Part shown: positions 10,208 through 20,314 of the stretch, piece by piece
Position numbering within the stretch: position 1 is the first letter of the stretch
Layout: every line of letters starts with the position of its first letter
Assembly (NCBI GenBank): GCA_946965045.2
Contig: OX337228.1
Location: 4,278,001 to 4,342,000, forward strand
Direction of reading: 5' to 3'
DNA from: Epithemia pelagica
Taxonomy: Eukaryota; Protista; Bacillariophyta
Length of the DNA: 64,000 nt
Notes under the pieces: model-generated
The model's database searches: none
What the model saw: only the letters and a program-made list of their open reading frames with translations
Told to the model about the DNA's origin: nothing
Made by a program: the position numbers and the translations under genes

Positions 10208-11824
10208 ATGTCCAGTCGATCATCTAGAAAACGAGCCCGTTCGAACCAACGATCATTCGTATCGTCGCTCCGCCCGTTCTTGGCTGTTTGCAGCTGCGTT
10301 GTTGTGGGCATCGAGGGATTTTCGCCTTCCTCGAAACCTTGCGAATCCCTCAAGACTTGCATCCAAGTCCCCAGAAAATCTCAATCCATCATCCCTCCAT
10401 CTACTCCCAGGGATCTCAGGAGCCCGCAACCTCAGAAATGGTGTTTATTTTCTTCCCAATCCGCCTCTAGCACAAGTACAAGTGTGGTCGATTTGGCCAC
10501 GCAACCGACGGATTTGTCGACCGCCTCAGTCTTCCGAAAGAAGCGCAGTATGAGCGAACTCGCAGGTCTCTATATTATTGGATTTTCTCTCTTGGCAACC
10601 ATTGTATACACTTTGGCAAGCTCGATGGGAACAAAAGTCATTGAGACATCCCCTGGTGGTCGCTTGGTCTTTGTTTCCGAGGCTGCGGAGGAACTGGGAA
10701 GCAACATTCTGGAGGCAGCTTTTCCCCTCACAGCTACCGATGCAGTGACAGGGGCATTGGGTGAAGCAACAGCTGGTATTGCAGCTGCGTTCTCTTCCTT
10801 AATTCTCTCAAGTTTTCTCAGCAATATGATGAAAAGACCTGAGAAGTTGAATACACCAGATCAAGGTGATCCACTGCTTGAAGCAACAAACGATCCACAA
10901 ATCATGAATTTGAAGCAACAAGTGATAGAGCAACAGGGAAAACTGCAATCGCGAGACTTGGGAAGAAAGGCTATAGCTAATGGTGACTTCTTTGTTGCTC
11001 AGGCGGCTGCTTTACCGTTGCTGGAGAGCGTTGGATTGCCGCCCTCCTTTGCAACTTTGGCAGCGGTGCTGCTTGCTGCGGTGCCGGCGGAAATCGTCAA
11101 TGTTTTGGGCCGACAGAGAATAGAAAAAGATCGAAGGATGTTGGAATTCATCATCGACCAGGAAGAAGAAACACGTAAATCGTTGGAGAAGCCCTTTCCG
11201 TTAAATCTCATATTTCCTCTACAAGCTGAAGAATTGGCAGAGGAGCTTCGGAAAAAGAGGGAAAGAACAATGCAACCAGACAGCTCTCTGATGAACGAAG
11301 GTCTATGGGTAGAGATTATTTCGGATCTTATCAAATGGCTGTCGTATGGAGTGCTCAGTACAGATTTTCAAGGCATGATGACTTACAACGGACTGCCTCT
11401 TTTCCCTGGTTTGGAAAGTGCCTGGTATGGAGTCATTGCCGGGTTGTGCGCTCAAATATATGCCGATACATTTTCGACTGTATTTGGGTTTGGTGGTCAA
11501 ACCAAACGACAGGAAGTTCTATCACGCAGTCTTTTGAAATGGGTGGCAACCTACCTACTGGAGGCCGTCTCGGCTGGAGTTTTGTTTGGAGTTTATGAGT
11601 TTGCTCAGATTCCTGCCACAGCCGTTGTGTCGGCAGTGCTCTCGGGGGCAGCAGACAATTGCTCTGGATCACAAGATTTCAATTTGTGTATGGAGACGTA
11701 CCTTGTTTATAATCCACCGGGTGCGTCACCCGAAGCCCAGCTACGGTCCCTCGTCACCACAATTGTCAGTCTCTTGAACAAATACTCACCGGACAGCTTT
11801 TATCCGATCGACGCATTTTTCTGA
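10208..11824 (+). CDS. Hypothetical multi-pass membrane protein, probably plastid-targeted
   Basis: ORF 10172-11824, likely ATG 10208; hydrophobic segment ending IEG|FSP (ASAF-like), then an S/P-rich transit-like region and several hydrophobic helices. Confidence 0.75.
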   Translation: MSSRSSRKRARSNQRSFVSSLRPFLAVCSCVVVGIEGFSPSSKPCESLKTCIQVPRKSQSIIPPSTPRDLRSPQPQKWCLFSSQSASSTSTSVVDLATQPTDLSTASVFRKKRSMSELAGLYIIGFSLLATIVYTLASSMGTKVIETSPGGRLVFVSEAAEELGSNILEAAFPLTATDAVTGALGEATAGIAAAFSSLILSSFLSNMMKRPEKLNTPDQGDPLLEATNDPQIMNLKQQVIEQQGKLQSRDLGRKAIANGDFFVAQAAALPLLESVGLPPSFATLAAVLLAAVPAEIVNVLGRQRIEKDRRMLEFIIDQEEETRKSLEKPFPLNLIFPLQAEELAEELRKKRERTMQPDSSLMNEGLWVEIISDLIKWLSYGVLSTDFQGMMTYNGLPLFPGLESAWYGVIAGLCAQIYADTFSTVFGFGGQTKRQEVLSRSLLKWVATYLLEAVSAGVLFGVYEFAQIPATAVVSAVLSGAADNCSGSQDFNLCMETYLVYNPPGASPEAQLRSLVTTIVSLLNKYSPDSFYPIDAFF

Positions 11825-12291
11825 TCACCAAATGGTTTCCGAAACTGTTGGCTGGTGGTACCGCAGATTGACAGCAACTTCTGCTGGTTGGTTGTACCGC
11901 CGGTAGCATTCTGAACGAGTAACAATCGACTGCTGGTGGCGCATTCATTCACTTGATCACAGCGGAACGCCTCCAGAAAATATTACTGCGCTAGACTTGC
12001 GCCGATTTCATGCTCAATTACACGTTGACAGCCTTTATGAACCCCCTCCCCTGGCCCATGGCCATAATACTCCAATACTCAAACTTCATTGTTCCTTTTT
12101 TCGATAAAACAGATTCATTCAATAGCTAGCTAGCACACATAGCTTGTGGGGTTTTGGTGATTCGGAAGTTCAGCCCGTGCTGGCGCGTTCTCGGAAGCAA
12201 GACGCGTCCGTGTCCGTACGTCTGTCCGCACAGCGCGACCACAATCATGAGGAATGAGGACCAACAATTCTTCCTTTATCAGTAATGGACC

Positions 12292-13722
12292 ATGCCGAAA
12301 ACAAAAAAGATCAGAGCCGCCGCGTTGGAGGGAAAGTATGCCCGACATGACCCCCTTGGTCAAGTGATTGCCAATGATGCAAACCAAAGTAAATATGCCT
12401 CCCAGAATTCAAGGCGCTCCAACAGACGGTCCGCCACGAACAAAGGGCAGCACGACGACGATGGCCTTTTGGACAGTGAAACCAGCAGAAAAATTCTTGA
12501 GATTGGAAAGCAGCAGCAACTGGAAATTCAAGCCGAGGAATATGCAGAACGAAGAATAAAGCGTCAAGAGCATGACAGCAGGCCGCAGAACAACGATAGC
12601 GACGACGATGACGAGGAAGAGGCCAATATGCTGTTGGGCGAAGAAAATGAGGATGATGACGAGCACAATTTACGCGTTGAGCAAGATGATAAGGGATACG
12701 TGACGATTACCGAAATGCCTGGACTTTCGTTGGAAGATGAGGCGCTGGTGGCTTCCATGATGGGCAATGCAACCGAGAATACGATGGAGCCTCGTCAAAC
12801 ACTTGCCGATATGATTCTTGAAAAAATACACGAAAAGGAAGCAGAAAAACGTGGTGAAATAGACATGAATGACGGTGATCACGGTATGATGATGATGAAT
12901 CATTTGCCAGCCAAGGTGGTGGAGGTCTACACCGATATTGGACGTATATTGAGTCGTTATACATCTGGCAAATTACCCAAAGCTTTCAAGGTCATTCCCT
13001 CGTTGTCCAATTGGGAAGAAATTTTGTACCTCACACGCCCCGACATGTGGACAGCTCCTGCTATGTTTCAAGCAACTCGAATCTTTGCATCCAATTTGAA
13101 TCCTAAAATGGCTCAGCGGTTCTATCGTTTGGTGTTATTGGATGCAGTGCGAGATGACATTTCTCACAACCAGAAACTCAACTACCATTACTACATGGCT
13201 TTGAAAAAGAGTGTGTACAAGCCGGCTGCCTTTTTCAAGGGCATTTTGTTACCGCTCTGTCAGGCAGCCGACTGTACACTTCGAGAAGCCGCTATTGTGG
13301 CCTCGGTGCTTCAACGCGTGTCCATTCCGGTTCATCACTCCGCCGTGGCCATTCACAAGTTGGCGACCGTGTCTTCCATGGAGGACGATGGTATGCGAAC
13401 AACGTATTCAGGTGCCACATCGATTTTTCTCAAAACTCTCCTGAACAAAAAATACTCGTTGCCAGCGCCCGTAATTGCGAGCTTGGTCCAGTACTTTGTT
13501 CGATTTACAAGTACGGATGTCGTGTTGCCCGTGTTGTGGCATCAATCACTGTTAGTCTTTGTAGAACGATACAAGCTCGAGTTACAAGGAGGTCCGACCA
13601 AAGAAGCGCTGAAGCGCGTCATGAAAAAGCACTTTCACCCCAAGATCACTCCTGAAATTAGACGAGAATTGTTTGGAGCAGCAGCCTACCAACAAGAACG
13701 ACAGCAAATGGGAATTTCATAG
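12292..13722 (+). CDS. BYSL: Bystin / Enp1 (40S biogenesis factor)
   Basis: YTSGKLPKAFKVIP, NWEEILYLTRPD, QATRIFASNL, ALKKSVYKPAAFFKG and LPVLWHQSLLVFVERYK motifs. Confidence 0.96.
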   Translation: MPKTKKIRAAALEGKYARHDPLGQVIANDANQSKYASQNSRRSNRRSATNKGQHDDDGLLDSETSRKILEIGKQQQLEIQAEEYAERRIKRQEHDSRPQNNDSDDDDEEEANMLLGEENEDDDEHNLRVEQDDKGYVTITEMPGLSLEDEALVASMMGNATENTMEPRQTLADMILEKIHEKEAEKRGEIDMNDGDHGMMMMNHLPAKVVEVYTDIGRILSRYTSGKLPKAFKVIPSLSNWEEILYLTRPDMWTAPAMFQATRIFASNLNPKMAQRFYRLVLLDAVRDDISHNQKLNYHYYMALKKSVYKPAAFFKGILLPLCQAADCTLREAAIVASVLQRVSIPVHHSAVAIHKLATVSSMEDDGMRTTYSGATSIFLKTLLNKKYSLPAPVIASLVQYFVRFTSTDVVLPVLWHQSLLVFVERYKLELQGGPTKEALKRVMKKHFHPKITPEIRRELFGAAAYQQERQQMGIS

Positions 13723-13804
13723 TAGTTTATTTGAAATAGGAACCTTGTAACTAGGTAGATTCAAACGTTTTTGTGTGAATCTGTAGTCATGCAGTCCATC
13801 TTTC

Positions 13805-14437
13805 TCATGAAGCACAACAATTCTCCAGACACGAATTGAGCAATGGAGGGCTGGCACATTTTTCGTCCAGATAAACATCACAAAAGGCTTTGGCCAACGT
13901 TGGCGATTCGATACGTCCCTGCCCTTTGCCATTCACTGCAACATCCAACCCAATGCTGGGGTCGCAAATAAACTCCAGTTGTGTGCCCTTGACTGCGGCG
14001 CCTCCCGAACTTGCTACACCATTCAACAAGATACTTTTGAGTGACTCGACGTCGCTGTGGCTTCCAGAATGCCGTGGAGCTACCGAGTCGGCAATGGCCG
14101 AAGCCATTTTTTCGGCCCCCACCTTAAAGGCCATTTCCAACAAAAATGTGGTACATTCTTCCTTGGCGCCATTGCGGAGGGCAGTCAATGCCTTTTGTTT
14201 GGAACTTGAACGTGAAATCGTGGATAACTTTTCCTTGAGTGCGGCTTGACAGTACATGGCAACGCTGTAGACTTTGATGGGACCCTTTTTGCGGACGCCC
14301 ACGCCAAAGATTTCCAACCCATTGCGCGTGGGGGGAAAGGCAATTTTGGTCGCCGAGTCCGTCATGGCGGCGTCCACTCTGGACACCAACAAAACATAGC
14401 ACAATGCCAAGAAGCGAAGAAAGATGGTCCTCATCAT
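13805..14437 (-). CDS. Chalcone isomerase-fold (fatty-acid-binding-like) protein with signal peptide
   Basis: GVGVRKKGPIKVYSVAMY and LAKAFCDVYLDEKCASP are CHI-fold signatures; ATG 14437 opens a hydrophobic signal peptide (MMRTIFLRFLALCYVLLVSRVDA). Confidence 0.82.
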   Translation of the reverse strand: MMRTIFLRFLALCYVLLVSRVDAAMTDSATKIAFPPTRNGLEIFGVGVRKKGPIKVYSVAMYCQAALKEKLSTISRSSSKQKALTALRNGAKEECTTFLLEMAFKVGAEKMASAIADSVAPRHSGSHSDVESLKSILLNGVASSGGAAVKGTQLEFICDPSIGLDVAVNGKGQGRIESPTLAKAFCDVYLDEKCASPPLLNSCLENCCAS

Positions 14438-14720
14438 GGTGGGTGGGTGTGATTGCGCTTGATATTTTTTCATTGATCGGATATCTCTCCAAACTCCAAA
14501 CGACACACACAACACGTGGAGCCTGCAGATGTCTGATTGACGTCAGTCCCCAATGGGACTCAACGGAAAAAAGATACCAATGGAGATCCACGACTAATAA
14601 GCCACCACTCTACGTCTGCTTTGATGGCCACGAAAAAAAAGAAGATCCGAAATCTATTGTTGCGAGTTGGTGTTTTCGAGGAAACAAACCCCAAACAGGG
14701 AGATCTGATTAAACAACATC

Positions 14721-17700
14721 ATGACCGAGTCTGGAACAAGTCGAAAAGCTACGGCGTCAGTACTGGGATTTGGAGCACGAGCCCCCGAGACGGTCCTCCA
14801 GGTGTTGTCTCAAGCTGTTAACAGTGAGACAAAGGAGATCCAACAGATTGTCCTCCAACGGTCCACAGCGATCGAATATGCCTTGTCTCAGGCTCCCCAT
14901 CGTTCCTTTTTGACCTCTTCCTCGAGTACAACGCCGCAAGATATGGAAACGACTACTTCGACTCGAAAAGATTTGCTCTTGTACTGTCTTCCTCGTAGTT
15001 GGACCGAATACAAGGCGGCAGTGGCAAGTGGTGAAGCCTCTCATGTTCGATCCATGTTGCTCTCATTTGATACACCGGCCTCCACCGTTGTCGCCGTCTA
15101 TGACACGGAGCAACATAAGATTCTTGGATCGGATGGCAGCAGCAGCATTCTTCAAGCCCTGAGTGGTGACGCCGCCAGTCAACAATTCTTGGCGATTGCC
15201 GCCCTGGCTGCGTTGAACAAGCTCGATCAAGACAAGGCCATGCCATACCTCGGCCTCACACCCGATCAACTTGATACTGTCATTGTGGTAGGGTCTGGAG
15301 GGCGAGAACATGCTCTGGCCGTGGCTTTGGCGCAGTCGCCACTGATTGGCAAAGTTTTGGTCTCACCCGGAAATGGTGGAACGGCCACAGAAGGTGGGAA
15401 AATCGAAAATGTTGTGAATGGGAAACAAGACAATCCGAGTATCGTCGCCTTGGCACAAGAAACCAAGGCAAAAATGGTTGTTGTTGGTCCCGAGGCCCCC
15501 CTCGTCGATGGACTGGTCGATGAGCTCGCGGCAAAATGTCCCAATGTGTTGGCCTTTGGACCGACCAAGGCCGCTGCCGAATTGGAAGCTTCCAAGGCAT
15601 TCACCAAGGACTTTTTGCAACAGATTGGAATACCCACTGCCAAGTATCGGAACTTTACTGACGTCCAGGAAGCCTTGACCTATGTAGAGTCGCTCGATAT
15701 ACCCTCGGAACGTCAGGTGGTCAAGGCTTCCGGGTTGGCGGCAGGAAAAGGAGTCTTATTGCCCAAAACCAAGGAAGAAACAATTCAAGCCGTGAACGAG
15801 ATCATGTCAGATCGAGCATTTGGAGCTGCTGGTGATACATGTGTTATTGAGTCCTTCCTCACTGGACCGGAAGCCTCCTGTTTTGCCTTTTGTGACGGCA
15901 AGACGGCTCGTCTCATGCCGGCCGCGCAAGATCACAAACGTGCGCTTGACAACGACGAAGGATTGAACACAGGAGGAATGGGAGCCTACGCCCCGGCACC
16001 CTGTGTCACACCAAACATGCAAAAGGAAATTGAGGCCATGTGTCAACTGACTGTCCAAAAAATGGCCGAGCGAGGTACTCCCTATGTAGGCCTCTTGTAC
16101 GCCGGAATGATGCTCACACCCGATGGTCCCTACGTGCTGGAGTTTAATTGCCGTTTTGGAGATCCCGAAACACAGGCAGTCTTACCGCTGCTGGAAACAG
16201 ACTTGTACGAGGTCATGACAGCATGTTGCACGGGGACACTGGATCAAATGGATGTACGCTTTCGTCCCAGTACGGCCGCTGCCACGGTTGTGTGTGCCGC
16301 CAAGGGATATCCTCAAAAATATCCAAAGGGGATGGAGATATCAGGTATCGGCCAAGCAAATGCCATTCGCGACGTCAAGGTTTATCACGCTGGCACCAAA
16401 CTGGATTCATCGTCAAGCGGAACGCATGTAACACGTTGTTCGGGTGGTCGAGTCTTGACCGTTACGGGTGTGGGATCTACCTTGAAATCAGCATTGCAAG
16501 TTGCTTACATGGGAGTTGACAAGATTGATTTTCTCGACGACAAAGTGCCAGGAGAGTCCTTCTTGCACCATCGCACGGACATTGGGAAGAAAGCCGTCCA
16601 CAAAAAGATGCGGATTGGAATCTTGGGTTCCACACGTGGAACAGCCCTCGTTCCTGTCATGGAGGCATGCGCGAACGGAACCTTGAACGCAGAGATTGTG
16701 GCAGTGGTTAGCAACAAAGGTTCGGCACCCATTCTCGAAAAGGGCAAGTCTTTGGGAAAAGCTGTGACTGTCAAGGCCTTGTCGTCCAAAGGCTTGACGC
16801 GAGAACAATTTGATGCTGAATGCACTTCCGTGTTGGTAGGGGCCGGTGTGGAATTTGTACTCATGGTAGGATACATGCGCATCGTGTCGGCGCCGTTTTG
16901 TCAGTATTGGGCAGGAAGATGCATCAATGTACACCCATCACTGCTCCCTAAACATGCTGGAGGAATGGATCTGGCGGTTCACCAAGCTGTTTTAGATGCC
17001 AAAGAGACGGAAAGCGGATGCACGATTCATCAGGTGACCGAAACCGTGGACGGAGGACCTATTGTGATTCAGAAACGAGTGACAGTGGAAGCGGGGGATA
17101 CTGCCGAATCATTGAAGGCCAAAATCCAGCCCTTGGAAGGCCCTGCGTTCGTGGAAGCTATTGAAATGTTCTCAAAGGCCGAAGTCATAAGTTATGCCGA
17201 CGCTGGAGTCAACATTGATGCAGGAAATTCTTTGGTAGAATTGATCAAACCATTCTGCAAGGCCACTCGACGTCCTGGCTGCGATGCCGATCTTGGTGGC
17301 TTTGGTGGTTTGTTTGACTTACGTGCGGCTGGATATAACACAGATGAAACTGTCTTGATTGGTGCCACGGACGGGGTTGGCACGAAACTCAAAATTGCTC
17401 ATGCCACTGGAAAACACGAAACCATTGGAATTGACCTCGTTGCCATGTGTGTCAATGATCTAATTGTGGCAGGAGGAGAGCCCTTGTTCTTCCTTGATTA
17501 TTTTGCAACGGGACATCTTGAAGTCCAAGAAGCAGCGGCAGTTGTCCAGGGAATCGCGAGAGGTTGTGAGGATGCGAATTGCGGTCTAATCGGAGGTGAG
17601 ACGGCTGAGATGCCATCCATGTATGCTCCTGGGAGCTACGATTTGGCAGGATTCAGCGTGGGGGCTGTCATAAAAGGAGAAATTCTACCAAAGAATGTCA

Positions 17701-18227
17701 AAGCGGGTGACGTGCTCCTTGGAGTAAGTAGTAGTGGATTACACAGCAATGGATTCTCACTTGTACGCAAGTTGGTGGAACGAGAGGGATATACGTATGA
17801 GAGCCCGTGTCCGTGGGATGCTTCTCAAGGAAGTGTAGGGGATTCGTTGCTCACGCCAACAAAAATCTATGTTCGATCTTGCCTTCCTCTCGTCAAGGCA
17901 AAACTTGTGAAAGGAATGGCGCACATTACAGGAGGAGGCCTCTTAGAGAACCTTCCTAGAGTTCTTCCTGATGGTGTGGGGGCCAAAATCACGAATCATC
18001 CGTCTCTGCCGTCCGTATTCAAGTGGCTGAAGGAGGCAAGTGGCTTGGACGATAAAGAAATGCTACGAACGTTTAACTGCGGTGTCGGAATGGTGGTTAT
18101 CGTCGATAAGGCAGATGTCGGTGCGGCCTTGTCGCTCCTGGAAAAGAGTGGTGAAAAGGACGTAGTGGAACTGGGTCTCCTCTTTGATGGTCCGAAAGAA
18201 GTTGTGGTGGATGGTGAACTGAGATAG
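14721..18227 (+). CDS. Multifunctional purine biosynthesis protein: unknown N-domain + GARS (PurD) + GART (PurN) + AIRS (PurM)
   Basis: GARS motifs [42 protein letters not shown]; GART motifs GYMRI, [13 protein letters not shown]; AIRS motifs [54 protein letters not shown]. Confidence 0.97.
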   Translation: [1168 protein letters not shown]

Positions 18228-18535
18228 TTTATGGTCGGGTACAGGAAAATAGTCGAATCATGTATAGCAACGTATAATCGTAGCCCTCTTGCGCCAGCCG
18301 CAGAGGTTCGCTCGGTCCAAAACTGTCGAGTCCCGTGCGCGTCACGGTCGTCCAATTCCATCACAAAATGAAATATTCGGACTTTGGACCCAATTTTCAA
18401 TGATAAGTTATGCCAGAAGAAAAAGAATGGACAGAGAGCCAAACCACTTTGCGGCCTTTCGTGATGCCACAAAACGTAAGCCGCGCAGATCTGTAATCAT
18501 CTCGATTCTTAGATCGAGATCAAAATACGAAGACG

Positions 18536-20229
18536 ATGACTAACATAACAAAACAGTCGATACCTCGGGGCAAGGACCTCTCGCTCACTCGTCCACGCGC
18601 AAACATAGATGCTTCCCCGTCACGAGAAGCGTCTTCTCCCAACACCGTGGATGACGAGTCCACTCAACTTGCAGGTGATAAAAACGTTGCTTCGTCGTGT
18701 AGTCGCATACCCGACGAAGACGTGCGAGCCATCTTTAAGTGTTTGTACCATGAAGTTTCCAAGCCTGAACATTTGGACTTCTCAATTGTGTACGTTGGTC
18801 CCGATGGAAAAGATCGCTCTCCGCCAGCCTTTGAGTTCTGTCCAGGTATATATGTCCTCCTTAGACCAGACAAGAAACCGAAACACAATGTCGAGAGTTT
18901 TGTACGACCAAAGCCTCCGGATCACCTTCAGCATCTAATGATGCAGAAGAAGTTACCGCCAGATTGTCCATGGGGGCTTTCTGGCCCACAGTTTCCGAAG
19001 CCAACTGCAATTCAACAGCGATACTGTTATCCAAAAGGACGGTCTGAGTATAGTAACCGAATCGGGGGAGCGCTTTGGACAATGTAAGACTGATCTCTCT
19101 GTGCTTGTTCTGCTATATTGACTCTTATTTTTCTGACTCCGTCAACTCGTTTTGTTCAACCGCCAGGTATGGAGCGGACGGGCAGGAGAACCTCGAATTC
19201 CGCATCTTGCATGTCTATTATTCTGCCAAACGTGCGGTCAACAAGGGAATCAGCCTTCCGTGGGACGTGTCAATGTCCCCACCGCCAAACAAAAAGAGGC
19301 GTACTAAACGAACTCAAAACAGATGCCTCGATCATTCACCCACTCATATTCACTCTTCCTCAAGCCAAGCGTCATCTTCTTTCTCTTGCTCGTCCCCTTC
19401 CCAGGACGGATACGAGACAATGCGTCCTCCGTCTCCTACAGTTCAACAATATGGCTACCATCATCCTTTTCATAATCATCATCCTTATCATCCTTCGCCC
19501 CATCATCATCATCACCACCACCTCCACCATTACCGTCACGCTCCCTATGTATCCCCCAGGGACTCGACGGGATATAGCAACCGCGTTGCTACGTCTCGCA
19601 GGGAAGTGTTTCGCCGTAGTCACTATACGATGGTGAACGACGCTCCTGGGAAGACACGTAGTCGCACCAATACTCTTGTCAGTCCAGTTCGAAGTTCAAT
19701 CGAACACCAGGCCCTTCAACGCATACAGACGGCTCCAAGCGAAGATAGTCGCGGACAAGACACCCCTCCTCCGATCCACAAGCACTCCGTTCAAAGCCAG
19801 GATAGCTACGACACCAAACCTTCCATACCAGTCATGGATCCGTTCGATCTCGACTCCGGGTCTCTCAAGGACATTGATTCGTATTGGAATGATCCACTCC
19901 TATCAATCATGCTCAAGCCTAGCCATGAGAACAAGAGTACTCCGTCGCACACGCCAAGTCTGCCACCCTTGAAACAAAATCGAACATTGATGGCACGATT
20001 GGAAACCTTGCAGATTAGTATCCGAGAACTCATCTTACAGGCCCCGAATACCGATGAACAAGACGTGTTGTTGTCAATGGTGACAAAGTGGGCAAACGAA
20101 TTGGCCAAGGACCCTCTCAGTGATCCCGTGCTAAGCCGACAGCCAACGGTTGAATCGGAAGATGTTTCGAGCAAAGGGTCGAACGACGAATCGAGCAAAG
20201 TATCCAATGTCGAACAAAAGAATCCATGA
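18536..20229 (+). CDS. Putative transcription-factor-like protein, 2 exons (18536-19083, 19167-20229; 536 aa)
   Basis: GT-AG intron 19084-19166 joins the two ORFs in frame (GGALWTM|YGADGQENLEFRILHVYY); followed by NLS-like PPPNKKRR, poly-His and an S/P-rich tail. Confidence 0.8.
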
Positions 20230-20314
20230 GCACTGTTGCGCTGAGTCGTGAATGTATCCATTGTTTAGTATTAAGGAATGAACTAATACTGTGATCAAAA
20301 GGCCTTCATCAACA

